Assembly (NCBI GenBank): GCA_964016885.1
Contig: OZ024743.1
Location: 175,708,001-175,772,000, forward strand
Direction of reading: 5' to 3'
Length of the DNA stretch: 64,000 nt
Origin: Eledone cirrhosa
Lineage: Eukaryota
A program made the position numbers and the translations under genes. Within the stretch, counting starts at the first letter, position 1, and each line of letters starts with the position of its first letter. Below the pieces are notes generated by a model that was given only the letters and a program-made list of their open reading frames with translations, ran no database searches and was not told the DNA's origin. Below are positions 1 to 13,417 of this stretch, piece after piece.

Positions 1-1645
1 GGGTTTGTTTCTGTTTCGCTTTTTGGTGATTTTTGTGGTGTTGGTGATGTGGTTGTGGGGTTAATGATGGTGATGATATTGGTGTTTGTGGTGATGGGGC
101 TGGTGATGCTGGTGTGGATGGTGGCATAGCTGTCTTAACTTTTTTGTTTGTTTGCTTATTTGTTTCCCCCTGCATTTTTTTTTGGAGGGCGAAGGAAGAG
201 GATTTTTTTCTTTTTTGGGTTCTTTTTTCCTTTTTCTTTTTTCCTGATACAATTTCCCACTCCTCCTCATCGTCACAATCTGTCTCCAGTTAGGATAGGA
301 CCGGGAGTGGAAAATCCACCACAGGCGTTGGTTTTGGGTGTGGCGTGGTGGATGGTGGAGGCACTAGTGCTAATTCTGGCGCGGTGGGTGGTGGTGGTGT
401 TGGTTTTGCTACTGTTGCTGGGGTTGTTGCTGCTACAGTTGCTTTTGTTGTTGCTGCCATTTCTGCTGCTGATGGTTTTGATGGTTGAGTCACTGGTTAT
501 TTTCGTGTTGGCCTCGATGCCGGCGAGGACGGCAACCATTAGCCAGGGAATTTCGATGGCCGGCGGAACGTGGGTCACCCTGATCTTCACAAGTCTCTGA
601 CAACAATAGCTTGGGACGAGTGTGAACTCGTCACTTCTTAATGGGGCCATGGAGTGCTCTCTGGCTTCCTGTGGGGTTCCAAAAAACACGTCCACGGTTC
701 CATATTTCTGCCCACGTCTGATGTGGGTTTTTTTCGCCCACACATGCCACAAAGTTTTGTGTATCTGGGACTCGGATGCCGTTCCACTCAGCGTGATTTT
801 GTGTTTATCGTCCGATATGACACGGTGCATAGGTGCCGATGGTCCATTTTATTAGTTGGGGGGGGGGGGCTGACCCTGTACCCACCTTTTTACCATTCGC
901 TTGGCTTCATTTAATTCATCCTGGCTTACCTCGATTGTTTCGCTTTTCTTGGCTGCTTGGGCAAACGACACATTTTGTTTTGCGCTGGTGTTGATGTTGT
1001 TGTTATTCTCATTGTTCTTGTTGCTGGTGTTGTTATTGTTATTTTTATTTTTAGTTTCAGTTGTGGTGTCAGTGGTGTTCGGTGTGGCAGATTCGATTCT
1101 GGGTGAATACATTCCGATGTAACGAGATAATAATTCTTTTCTGTTGTCGCTGTGGTGGTGGTGGTGGTGGTGGTGATAGTGGTGCTGATGGTGGTGGTAT
1201 CAGTGGTGTTGGTTTTTCTTTTTGACATTGTGGCGGTGGGGGTGGCGGCTTTAACACCTGCAGTTATTGGTAATGGCGGAAAATGAATGTCTGCATGTGA
1301 CAAATTTAAATTATTGTCACTGCTTATATTTTTAGTGTTGGCAACCGTAGTAATGTTTACAATGGTGTTGGTAGTGGGAGGTGTTGGTCTGTTAGGAAGG
1401 CTGTCAGCTTTGTGTGGCTGAAAGCCGTCCATGATTTTAACAAAGAAAGTTTTTGTTTGATAATTATAAAAGTTTAAATCTGGGGCTCAAGGCCCCAATA
1501 TTATTGAATGTCCTTTTCAGAAAGCAATATATGTGAACTTATAAACACTTAACAACAAAAATTTCCATAACTGGCAATTTGAAACAACTGAAATCAACAA
1601 ATCTTTGCGGACTTCACGATAATAAGATTTCCTACGTAGGTCGCC
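1..1645 (-). mobile_element. Tx1/L1-like LINE, 5' part (5'UTR + frameshifted ORF1); continues beyond window start
   Basis: ORF fragments 926-1432, 852-1112 and 273-830 align with ORF1 of the full-length element at 11009-13172 (SFAQAAK/SFAGIAK; THIRRGQKYGTVDVFFGTPQEA/THITRGKKYATVDVLFATPQEA; LVPSYC). The 5' end abuts (AAT)n. The CCHC knuckle segment appears deleted. Confidence 0.85.

Positions 1646-1695
<50 letters not shown>
1646..1695 (+). repeat. (AAT)n microsatellite at Tx1/Dong junction
   Basis: Perfect AAT run. Confidence 0.98.
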
Positions 1696-1696
<1 letters not shown>

Positions 1697-4494
1697 GTAG
1701 GTTAAACAAACTAAACTTAGAAAATTGAAAAAAAGTACAGTATAAAATCAACAAGTGACATAGACATGCTGATAGAAATAATCAAGCAAAAAGTGTCGGC
1801 CAAAGCTGCTCGTATAAGGCGCTTTGAAAAACGATCTAGATTCTATAAGGACAATAATATGTTCAAAAACAACCAAAGAAACTTCTACAGAAAAATTGGT
1901 AAGTCAACAATAACTGCTAAATCAATACCACCCAAGGAGGAAGTGCAAGAATTCTGGGAAAAGATCTGGGCCGAAGAAAAAGTTCATAACATACATGCCC
2001 CATGGATAGACAGACAAATGAAAGATACAGCTCACCTTGAGGAACAAATATGGGAAAATATAACAGTTGAACAGTTGCGCTTGGCTCTAAGAAAAACCAA
2101 CAAATGAAAATCCCCAGGAAAAGACAAAATACAAAACTTTTGGATAAATGCCTTCACAGAGTCTCATAAGCCCAACTTTACAATGAAATAGTTAAGGAGC
2201 CAGAAAAGATACCATCATGGCTAGTTAACGGCATTACATTCCTGCTTTCGAAGAATGATGAGACAAACAATCCCCAAAATTACAGACCGATAATTTGCTT
2301 GACCACAATGTATAAAATTTTAACATCAGTCCTAACTGAATACACATATGACCACCTGATAACAAATGACCTATTTCCCATTCCCATTGAGCAGAAAGGG
2401 TGTAAACGAGGCTCATATGGCTGTAAGGATCAGCTTCTGGTTCACAAAATGATACTGGAAGATTGTCATAATACACACAAAAATCTATCGATTGCTTGGA
2501 TAGATTATAAAAAAGCATTCGATAGTTTGCCACACAGTTGGATTGAAAAATGTTTAGAGATTTTCAAAATATCCCCCGTTGTCAGGAGGTTTTTGTCATT
2601 CAGTATGAAGACATGGAAAACGACACTCCTTTTGAATAGTGAAACAAAATCACTGGAATCTGGAGAAGTTAATATTAATTGTGGAATTTTTCAGGGTGAC
2701 TCTTTATCACCGCTTTTATTCTGCATCGCACTTATACCATTAAGTAAAATGCTCAATGAAACAAAACATGGATATAAAGTCTATGACAAAACCATTAATC
2801 ACTTGTTCTACATGGATGACCTGAAACTATTTGCAAAAAATGATGAACAATTGCAAGGGCTATTATCCACTCTGAAGCAGTTCAGTGATGACATTAAAAT
2901 GGAGTTTGGACTAGATAAATGCGCCAAAGCAACGTTCACCAGAGGAAAGCTGCTGAAGAGTTCAGATATTAATCTTGATCGGGGGAATGTGATAAGAGAA
3001 CTTGATCAAGAACAAACTTACAAATATCTAGGTGTTTGTGAAGGAGACGGAATCAAGCACTCGACAATGAGGGAAAGGATAAGGAAGGAATGTTACCGCA
3101 GAGTAAGAGCAATCTTAAGAACGGAATTGAATGCAAGGAATAGGATCGATGCCATAAACACGCTTGCCATACCAGTAGTAACCTACAGTTACAATGTCAT
3201 CAACTGGTCAAGCACAGAGATCCGTAGGCTCGATACAAAAATTCGAAAATTCTTAACCATGCACAGAATGCATCACCCTAAGGCAGATATAGATAGAATA
3301 TATCTCCCTAGGAAAGAAGGAGGACGTGGGTTAATCCAGTTAGACATTGCGTTGAAAACTGCAACAATTGGATTATCTACATATCTAAGGGAATCATTGG
3401 ATAATCAAACTCGTTTTGAAACACGAAAGCATCAAACGATCATACTCCATTACAAAAGATGCACAAAGATACAGTAATGGACTACAAATTTCAGAAGTCC
3501 CATTTACTGCTGAAATGGAAAACACAGAAAAAGCAAAGCAGGTAAAAGTAACTGCAAAGAAAGAACTGCTACAGAAACTGGCTAAGAAATGGCAAGAAAA
3601 GCCTCTGCATGGAAAATACCCAGAGCGAGCTAACAATCCTGATGTTGACAAAACTTTAACCCATCAGTGGTTGGCATCCTCTGGACTGAAATCGGAGACT
3701 GAAGGACTGATTATATCCGCACAAGATCAGTGTCTGCCAACAAAAAATTACCAAGCCAACATAATAAAAAATGGGTGCAGCCCATTATGCCGTGTATGCA
3801 AAAAACAACCAGAGACCATTGACCATATAATTTCAATGTGCAGTCCTATAGCTCCAACCGAATACCTAAACAGGCATGACAGAGCTGCACAATACATACA
3901 TTGGATAATGTGTAAGCATTTTGACCTGCCCCATCAAAAGAATTGGTGGGAGCATCAACCACCTCCCATACTTGAAAAAGATCACATCTCAATCTTGTGG
4001 AACTTTAGCATCCAAACAGACCGAAAAATAGATGCAAATAGACCTGATATAATATTGAAGGACTTTCAAAGGAGGGTATGCCTGCTAATTGATATGTCTG
4101 TTCCAATAGACAAGAATGTATCTATAAAAACATTTGAAAAATTGAGCAAGTATAAGGACCTGGAGATAGAAATTGGAAAAATGTGGAAATTGAGAACTAA
4201 AACAATACCAGTGGTTGTAGGCGCTCTGGGAATGATACCTAAGGGGTCTAACGACTACTTATCGCAAATCCCAGGAAACCCGCGTATAGGAGAAATACAA
4301 AAGATAGTACTAATGGGAACTGCCCATATACTAAGGAAGATCCTGTCAATATAAGTACATCACAAGTCTAAACACTAAGGATGCATGTGTGAATATGTGT
4401 GTTCTTTCTTGAACATGGCGGACCTTGTTGTCTCTTGAGGTCACTGGTTGTGACTTGGTGATAACTCGTATAAACATAAAGCAAGATAAATGCA
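1696..4494 (+). mobile_element. Dong/R4-like RLE non-LTR retrotransposon, family A copy 1 (5'-truncated, disrupted)
   Basis: RT motifs (DYKKAFD, GIFQGDSLSP, YMDD), CCHC finger (CRVC..HIISMC), RHD and RPDI..D..K.KY restriction-like endonuclease. Premature stop at 2105-2107, frameshifts near 2170 and 3398. 3'UTR runs into (AAT)n. Confidence 0.93.
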
Positions 4495-4517
4495 AATAAT
4501 AATAATAATAATAATAA
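4495..4517 (+). repeat. (AAT)n between tandem Dong copies
   Basis: Perfect AAT run. Confidence 0.97.
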
Positions 4518-7330
4518 AGTAGGTGAACATGTTAAACAAACTAAACTTAGAAAATTAAAAAAAAAGTACAGTATAAGATCAACATGTGACATAGACATGC
4601 TGATAGAAACAATCAAGCAAAAAGTGTCGGCCAAAGCTGCTCGTACAAGGCGCTTTGAAAAACGATCTAGATTCTATAAGGACAATAATATGTTCAAAAA
4701 CAACCAAAGAAACTTCTACAGAAAAATTGGTAAGTCAACAATAACTGCTAAATCAATACCACCCAAGGAGGAAGTGCAAGAATTCTGGGAAAAGATCTGG
4801 GCCGAAGAAAAAGTTCATAACATACATGCCCCATGGATAGACAGACAAATGAAAGATACAGCTCACCTTGAAGAACAAACATGGGAAAATATAACAGTTG
4901 AACAGTTGCGCTTGGCTCTAAGAAAAACCAGCAAATGGAAATCCCCAGGAAAAGACAAAATACAAAACTTTTGGATAAATGCCTTCACAGAGTCTCATGA
5001 GCTGTTAGCCCAACTTTACAATGAAATAGTTAAGGAGCCAGAAAAGATACCATCATGGCTAGTTAACGGCATTACATTCCTACTACTTAAGAATGATGAG
5101 ACAAACAATCCCAAAAATTACAGACCGATAACCTGCTTGACCACAATGTATAAAATTTTAACATCAGTCCTAACTGAATACACATATGACCACCTGATAA
5201 CAAATGACCTATTTCCCATTGAGCAGAAAGGGTGTAAACGAGGCTCATATGGGTGTAAGGATCAGCTTCTTGTTAACAAAATGATACTGGAAGATTGTCA
5301 TAATAGACACAAAAATCTATCGATTGCTTGGATAGATTATAAAAAGCATTCGATAGTTTGCCACACAGTTGGATTGAAAAATGTTTAGAGATTTTCAAAA
5401 TATCCCCCGTTGTCAGGAGGTTTTTGTCATTCAGTGTGAGGACATGGAGAACGACACTCCTTTTGAATAGTGAAACAAAATCACTGGAAGCTGGAGAAGT
5501 TAACATTAATTGTGGAATTTTTCAGGGTGACTCTTTATCACCGCTTTTATTCTGCATCGCACTTATACCATTAAGTAAAATGCTCAATGAAACAAAACAT
5601 GGATATAAAGTCTATGACAAAACCATTAATCACTTGTTCTACATGGATGACCTGAAACTATTTGCAAAAAATGATGAACAATTGCATGGGCTATTATCCA
5701 CTGTGAAGCAGTTCAGTGATGACATTAAAATGGAGTTTGGACTGGATAAATGCGCCAAAGCAACGTTCACCAGAAGAAAGCTGCTGAAGAGTTCAGACAT
5801 TAATCTTGATCGGGGGAACGTGATAAGAGAGCTTGATCAAGAAAAAACTTACAAATATCTAGGTGTTTGTGAAGGAGACGGAATCAAGCACTCGACAATG
5901 AGAGAAAGGTTAAGGAAGGAATGTTACCGCAGAGTAAGAGCAATCTTAAGAACGGAATTGAATGCAAGGAATAGGATCGATGCCATAAACACGCTTGCCA
6001 TACCAGTAGTAACCTACAGTTACAATGTCATCAACTGGTCAAGCACAGAGATCCGTAGGCTCGATACAAAAATCCGAAAATTCTTAACCATGCACAGAAT
6101 GCATCAGCCTAAGGCAGATATAGATAGAATATATCTCCCCAGGAAAGAAGGAGGACGTGGGTTAATCCAGTTAGACATTGCGTTGAAAACTGCAACAATT
6201 GGATTATCCACATATCTAAGGGAATCACATGATTGGATGATCAAACTCGTTTTGAAACACGAAAGCACCAAAAGATCATATTCCATTACAAAAGATGCAC
6301 AAAGATACAGTAATGGACTACAAATTTCAGAAGTCCCATTTACTGCTGAAATGGAAAACACAGAAAAAGCAAAGCAGGTAAAAGTAACTGCAAAGAAAGA
6401 ACTGCTACAGAAACTGGCTAAGAAATGGCAAGAAAAGCCTCTGTATGGAAAATACCCAGAGCGAGATAACAATCCTGATGTTGACAAAACTTTAACCCAT
6501 CAGTGGTTGGCATCCTCTGGACTGAAATCGGAGACTGAAGGACTGATTATATCCGCACAAGATCAGTGTCTGCCAACAAAAAATTACCAAGCCAACATAA
6601 TAAAAAATGGGTGCAGCCCATTATGCCGTGTATGCAAAAAACAACCAGAGACCATTGACCATATAATTTCAATGTGCAGTCCTATAGCTCCAACCGAATA
6701 CCTAAACAGGCATGACAGAGCTGCACAATACATACATTGGATAATGTGTAAGCATTTTGACCTACCCCATCAAAAGAATTGGTGGGAGCATCAACCACCT
6801 CCCATACTTGAAAACGATCACATCTCAATCTTGTGGAACTTTAGCATCCAAACAGACCGAAAAATAGATGCAAATAGACCTGATATAATATTGAAGGACT
6901 TTCAAAGGAGGGTATGCCTGCTAATTGATATGTCTGTTCCAATAGACAAGAATGTATCTATAAAAACATTTGAAAAATTGAGCAAGTATAAGGACCTGGA
7001 GATAGAAATTGGAAAAATGTGGAAATTGAGAACTAAAACAATACCAGTGGTTGTAGGCGCTCTGGGAATGATACCTAAGGGGTCTAACGACTACTTATCG
7101 CAAATCCCAGGAAACCCGCGTATAGGAGAAATACAAATGATAGTACTAATGGGAACTGCCCATATACTAAGGAAGATCCTGTCAATATAAGTACATCACA
7201 AGTCTAAACACTAAGGATGCATGTGTGAATATGTATGTTCTTTCTTGAACATGGCGAACCTTGTTGTCTCTTGAGGTCACTGGTTGTGACTTGGTGATAA
7301 CTCGTATAAACATAAAGCAAGATAAATGCA
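4518..7330 (+). mobile_element. Dong/R4-like family A copy 2 (5'-truncated)
   Basis: Near-identical direct repeat of 1696-4494, with the same 5' start and the same 3'UTR. Confidence 0.93.
4597..7190 (+). pseudogene. RT-RLE polyprotein of Dong/R4 copy 2, one frameshift near 5345
   Basis: ORFs 4597-5388 and 5358-7190 join at an A-run one base shorter than in copy 1 (DYKKAFD). YMDD, CCHC and RLE motifs are intact. Confidence 0.9.
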
Positions 7331-7357
7331 AATAATAATAATAATAATAATAATAAT
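7331..7357 (+). repeat. (AAT)n shared by Dong 3' end and Tx1 3' end
   Basis: Perfect AAT run between two convergent elements. Confidence 0.97.
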
Positions 7358-7607
7358 GATTTCTTTATTAACCACAAGGGTTTACATAAAGTAGACATTA
7401 AGGACAGTGCAGGACAATACAGGACGGTACAAATGGGCATTTCTGCGTGTAAAAAACAAAAACAGAGGATGTAACAAAAAATAACAATGAAAAATTCCCC
7501 AATAGGGGGGAGACTTCGGAGGGACATTTGTGGAGAAAGCCCAGTAAAAGGCCACAATGACCCTGACCACCAAGGCAAGTGCCCTCTCCCAGTTTTCCAC
7601 CTTTAAT

Positions 7608-10600
7608 TTACAGATATATACTCAGAGTAGGCCCATTCACTCGGGCCATTCTTGCTTCTCTCACCCATCTTTCAACAAAATGCTGGGAAGAGAGCACTTC
7701 CCTCTCTACCTCTCTACCTCTACGCTCGTCTTCAGCCCTTTCAAACGTGTCCACCCTACTATCTCTTTCGCCATGGCCACCAGACAGATAAAAACTGCCT
7801 GCCCTTCCCGGCTAAAGGAGGAGGGCGGAGCAATCCTAAAGATGGACTCAGATGATAGCCGGATCCGTCCTACACGCGACAGCAGGTGTTCGAAATAAAC
7901 CCACAAGTCAGCAATTTTCGGACACTGGACGAGTGCGTGCAGGACGGTTTCGTCGCCCTGCGCGCATCTCGGACATGCCCGGCTGACGGCACCTCCATGC
8001 CTGTAGAGTTTATCCCGAACTGGCAAGGCTCCTCGGTAGCACTGCCAGGCCAGAGATTTCTGGAAGTTGTCCATAGGCCCCGGCCCGAAAGTTCTTCCGA
8101 AGAGATTGGCTAGTTGATTTTCGTCGACGCCTAGAGTTTCCCCAAGTACGTCGTCGCTCTTCCCCTCCACTAATCCTCTATAGAACGCCGAGGTGGAGTT
8201 TCCACCGATCACATTGCCTGATTGGTCGAGGGCTGTGAGCGCCTGAAGACATTCCAGTCTCCAGGCGCTCCCTCTTGGTCTTCGCTTGACCCAGGACTGC
8301 AGCTCCGTCAAGGAAACGAGCTGGGGAAATACGTGTCTAGCAAACGGCGACCACACCTGATCACCGTCGAGGAAGAGGTGGAGATGTCGTAGCCTGAGCG
8401 CGTGCCTGCGCATCATCAGCCACGGCATGCCCAGCCCTCCACGTAGCGGGTGTTGACAACAGATGGACCGCCTGACCATCGGAGCGCGTCCCTTCCACAA
8501 AAAGCGAAAGAGCAAACGCTCCAGCGCAGTCAGGCGAGGCTTAGGACAAGGTACGACGGTCAGGCGGTAGCAGATGACAGACGCGATGTACGCGTTAGCC
8601 ACCACCGCTCGACCTTTCAGGGATAGCTTCCTCTCCGCCCATTTCTGGGTGAGAGAAGCCACCCTGCTCGTCACCTCGTCCCAGTTTTTGTCCGTCTGGA
8701 GGTCCGGACCGAACCAGACCCCTAGCAATTTAACCGGTCCGTCCGTCCAGCGTCCTACGACGCTGTTGGACGGCATGGACCTGCCTCTCCAGGTGCCGAG
8801 CTGCAGGCCCACTGACTTTTCCTGGTTGATCATTGCTCCTGTCACCGCTTCGTATTCTGTTAGTGTAGTGCGATCGCCTCGATGTGTTTGGCGTTCGACA
8901 CCACTACGGTGACATCGTCCGCATATGCTGACACGGATCTTCCGCATCCTAGTTCGCGCGGGACGCCCCTCAACGTCTCCAGTTTGTGCAGTAATGGCTC
9001 GAGAGTCAATACGTACAAGAGGGACGAGAGGGGACATCCTTGGCGGACCGAGCGCATGATGTTGAACGGTTCCGACAGGTGACCGTTCACTCTCACCACA
9101 GAGCAGATGTCGCTGTGCATGGCAGCGATCCAGCCTCTGAAGACGGGCCCAAAGCCAGCCGCACTCAGGTCTGCCGCTAGGTAACGATGGTCGACCCTAT
9201 CGAAAGCTTTCGACTGATCTAAATTGATCAAGGACCCACCCGTGCCAGGTTCCCTAGCTACCCTCTCTACGATGTATCGCATGAGGTGGAGGTTGTCGTG
9301 GATGGATCTGTCGGGAATGGCGCATGTCTGCGCCTCTCCCACCAGACCACCAACGACAAGCGCCAACCTCTTTGCTAGCACCTTGGCCAAAATCTTGAAC
9401 TCTGTGTTTAGCAGAGTTATGGGCCGGAAATTATCTTTGTTATCCCCCTTGTTCGGATCCTTTCTCAGCAGTGCCACCGCTCCTCGGCTCACAGAACTGG
9501 GAATTCTCCCGTTCTGTTGCCAGTTGCAGTAGACGTCCGCCAAGAAGCCTCCGAACAAGTCTGGCATCTGTACGTAAAGTTCATAGGGCAGACCATCCAA
9601 ACCAGGCGATTTACCCCTTGTGCAGCCAGTCATTGCCTCCCTTACGTCAGCGGCTGTTATCGGCTTTTCGCAACACTCCGCCTCAGTGGCCGAGAGCCGC
9701 GGCAGTCCGTCGAGGTAGACACTAAAGTCCATCCCTCGACCCGGCCCACCGCTGCCCCCGAACAGCTGAGCGAAGTGTCACTGAAAAGCTTCACACATTT
9801 GCCCGGGATCGAGTAGCATGCGCTCGTCGTGGTCCACCAAAGACCGGATCGTGGCTTTGTTGCCACGACGCGCCTCCGCCACTCGGGCCCATTTAACGGC
9901 TTTCGTCCCCTCGTGTCTGAGAGCACGCACCCTTGCTCTGACAACGCAGCCTTCGTGCTTTGCATTGAAGAATTGGTCAAGGGCCAATTTCGCGGCAAGT
10001 ACGTCGTCGCAATGCCTTTGCTAAGCGCCTCGTCTAATTTTCTAACTAGTTCTCCCTCTGCTTTTTTTTCTCTACTGCTAAAGCCTTACTAAACCTAATG
10101 GATTCTATTCTAATCGCTCTTTTCAGAGCAAACACCACTTGTTGTTGACGATGGCCCCCGTCAACGCCAGCTTAACTAGTTCGCTAATCCGGTCTCTGTA
10201 GGCCTTGCGCGCTGGTAAGGACGCGTTTAGCTTCCAGTAGCCGGGTCCTCGTCTATGAAGCCTATCTAAGTCAAGCACACAGATCACGAATTTGTGGTCC
10301 GTGTAGCTGACTATCTTGAATTGTGGACAGCCTATGCTAGACCTATCTATTTCCCTACAAAATACTCTATCTAGATATGATCTGGATGACCCTATGCGAG
10401 TTGTCCAAGTCCACATTGGCACATTCGGGAAATCCAATCGGTACCTGTCAGACAGTTCAAAACGCCTGAGCAGGTTGCTGAGGCTCTTGCAACCTCCACC
10501 ACTATCCGCTAATCCCACACAGTCCCAGCGTGCATCTAAGATCCCGTTCCAGTCGCCCACTAACACTAAAGAGCGGGACGTTCCAAGAAAGGTCTCCAGA

Positions 10601-11012
10601 CGCCGGAAGAAATCAGGCCGCCCTGCTCCTGTCGGGGCATAGACGGCCACTAGCCTGAAAGCTTGCCCGTCTCCGCTGGTCACGTCCAGCACCACCAACT
10701 TACCCTCTGGGTCCAGGAAGATGGCCCGTATGGCGAGATCCAAACCTCTCCGAAAAAGCACAGCAACTCCTCCCCCCGATCCAGGACGGCTGGGAGATGC
10801 GTACACATCGTAGCCGCCGAAGATCGGTGCGAAGGCCCGTGCTTCGGAGATTCTGCCTCGCTGATGGCCACTACATCTATGTTTAGTGACCTGAGGTCGT
10901 TGAGCAGGTGACCCTGCTTCCATGACGACCCCAAGCCACGCGCATTTATGCTGCCTATTCTGAGTGAGGCCTTGTTTAAAATAGAGTGGAACAGATGGGA
11001 AAGACCACTCAC
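7608..11012 (-). pseudogene. Tx1/L1 ORF2 (APE endonuclease, RT, C-terminal zinc-finger-like), several frameshifts
   Basis: IGSINARG, VAISE, VYAP, VGDWN, LDR, TDH (APE); PGYWKLN; KSPGLDG, FRPITLLN, DQSKAFD, RQGCPLS, AYADD (RT); CPRC..ETVLHALVQC. The true C-terminus (..ERWVREARMARVNGPTLSIYL*) lies in a shifted frame ending at 7608. Confidence 0.92.
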
Positions 11013-13172
11013 CGTACTTTTCGTAGAGGAGGGATGGCTTTTACATCCCTTTTCACTTGATCGTCTGGTGAAGGGACCGTTGAATCGTCCCTTCGGCTGG
11101 TCATCGGCTCTTCTATGAGTATGTCTGAATATACTCTTCGGTTGATAGTTCCTCCTAGGTCTCTGAAATCACCAACTGCGTTGGGGAATTTCGTTTTAAT
11201 GTTTGTGTATTGTTTCTGTGCTATTTTTAGCAGTCTTATGTTAGTTGGCGTTTTGATTGGTGCTGGTATTATGTAGTCGTGTTGTGAAATGTCTGTGTGT
11301 TCAATTATGTAAGTCATTAGTTTCTTGTTGTGTGTATTTATTGCCGTGCATTTGTTTTTCTGGGGGTGGGGTGTGGTTCTGCTATTTTCTTGTCGTTTTT
11401 GCTGGGTGTGTGTGTTTTGTTGTGTTTGCGATGTTGGTGCTTGTGGTGGTGGTGTTGAAGGTGTTGTTGTTGTTGGCGGTGGAGTTGTCGCCGGTGGTGA
11501 TGGTGGTGCTAGTGTGGGTGGTGATCGTGTTGGTGGTGTTGCTGCTGTGAGTCTCTTTGCAGTAGACTTTACCCTTTTTTCATTTCTTTCCTCCCTTTTC
11601 AAAGGTGACGATGCGCTGCTTCTGCGTTTGTGCCTTCTTACGACCTTTTGCCATCCCTCTCCCACCTCACACTCCATGTCTGATTCTGTGAGGTCGGGGA
11701 GGGGTACCAGCTCCACTCTTTCACTTGTTGTTGTTGTTGGTGATGTTTGCACTGGAGTCTCTGTTGCAGCTGCATTTGGTATTGCTGTTGTTGTTGTTGT
11801 TAATACTTCCACTGCTGCTGCTGTTTTTGATTTCCGTGGCGTGGGTATGGGTGCCACGGACATATCGTTCCTGGTTGCCGCTTGTCCTGTTGCTGGTAGC
11901 CGTGGAGCCGGTTTCGGAAGGAAGGGGATTTTCTCTTTTCTTAGGGTCTTCTATTTGCAGAAGGCCCTGAGGTGAGTCTTCGATCCACAGCGAAAGCATT
12001 TCAGGCGTCTTCCCTCAACACTTATGGGCAGTTGAGTGCCGTTATCGAAGTCTATCACATCCGGGATAGCTTCGATGCACTCCTGGTTGGTTTGGATTAA
12101 CATCTCAATGGAGGTGCCGACCCAATCTTCTCTTACTTTTTTCTGTACTTGCAGTACAGTTGTTTTGTCCTCGATTCCGACGAGGACAGACGCGGCCAGC
12201 CAAGAAGGGGCCATCCCGGGGGGGGGGGGGAGGGGGGGGGGGGGGGGGGGTCAGTTTGACCCTCACAATTTTTTGCCCGCAGTAGGAGGGCACCAACACC
12301 ATTTCCTCGCTCCTTAGGGTCACTACGGATTGAGCCTTTGCCTCCTGGGGTGTGGCAAAAAGTACGTCTACGGTGGCATATTTCTTGCCTCGGGTGATGT
12401 GTGTTTTCCGCTGCCACACAGACCCCAAGGCTTTTTGTATTTGAGCCTCTGTGGCTCTTTCCACCCTACGGGATTTTGTACTTACTGTACGGTACGTGAC
12501 CGTACAGTGCTGTTGGGTTTCGAAAAATTTTTCCGCTGCCTTGCAGATTGCTCGGTGTCCTGTTTTTGTCACCAACTTCTTCGCTTCCTGTAATTCCTTA
12601 TTTGTTATGAGGATTGTTTCCAGGTTCTTTGCGATACCTGCAAACGAGATTGGTTTTTCTTTCTTGTTGTTGCTGTTGTTGTCGTCAGAGCTGCTGTTAC
12701 TTTTGTTGTTGCTGCTGGTACTTCGACCGCCGCCGCCGCTGTTGCTGTGGTTGTTGTTGTTGTTGCTGCTGCTGTTGCTGTTGTTGTTGCTGTTGCTGCT
12801 GCTGCTGTTTTTGTTTATGCTGCTGCTGATGTTGTTGCGGCTGCTACTAGTATTTTCCTTGTCACTGTTGCTGCTGCTGCTGTTATTACGGCTGTTACTG
12901 CTATTCTTCATGACGTCAGACGAATGAAATGGCTTTCCATATTTACCGCACACATTTCTCGTCGTTGTCGTCGTCGTGGAGAAATGTTCCACGTTTTGCA
13001 CGTGCTCTTGGTGAAAGCTATCAGAAACTATATTTTTATTTTTCTTTAATGGCGTCGCTTGCGAAAGAGAAGGGAGGGAGAGAGACAATCTTCTCTCTGA
13101 TGTAGTGACGATTGAGGAAGAAGAAGACGGAATGAGTGGGAGTGACTTGTGAAAATTCTTTTTTGTCGCCAT
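11009..13172 (-). pseudogene. Tx1/L1 ORF1 (nucleic-acid-binding, CCHC knuckle), frameshifted at poly-G 12217-12250 and near 11950
   Basis: ORFs 12105-13172, 11951-12214 (CFRCGSKTHLRAFC), 11009-11863; S/N- and T/P-rich low-complexity tracts. Confidence 0.85.
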
Positions 13173-13386
13173 GTTTTTTTTGGTTTAAAATGAATATTGG
13201 GCACAAAACCCCAATAAGCTGTTATTTAACCCCGAAGGGCCAAATAACGAGCAGAAAGACCCCTTTCACGAGGAGGAGGGTGTTTTTATATACAATTTGG
13301 TTAAAGTTTTAAACAATTTACAATTGTTATAGCGGTTAAAAGTTACTATACCTTACAGATCCGAGCCTCCGTCAACCATGGCATTC

Positions 13387-13416
<30 letters not shown>
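13387..13416 (+). repeat. (AAT)n at Tx1 5' end
   Basis: Perfect AAT run. Confidence 0.97.

Positions 13417-13417
<1 letters not shown>

Larger units (their letters stand above)
7358..13386 (-). mobile_element. Full-length Tx1/L1-like LINE (~6 kb), degenerate
   Basis: ORF1 with CCHC knuckle, ORF2 with APE + RT + C-terminal Cys motif. 3'UTR ends in AATAAA then (ATT)n on the minus strand. AAT tracts on both sides. Confidence 0.93.

Noticed and set aside
12217-12250. Poly-G tract as a functional G-quadruplex or frameshift signal
   Set aside because: It lies at a different position from the poly-G in the other Tx1 copy (858-869); more likely homopolymer expansion or sequencing error.
148-13049. 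Plus-strand hydrophobic or Cys-rich ORFs over the Tx1 ORF1 regions (e.g. 148-600, 11325-11975, 12451-12927)
   Set aside because: Antisense shadows of low-complexity ORF1 tracts.
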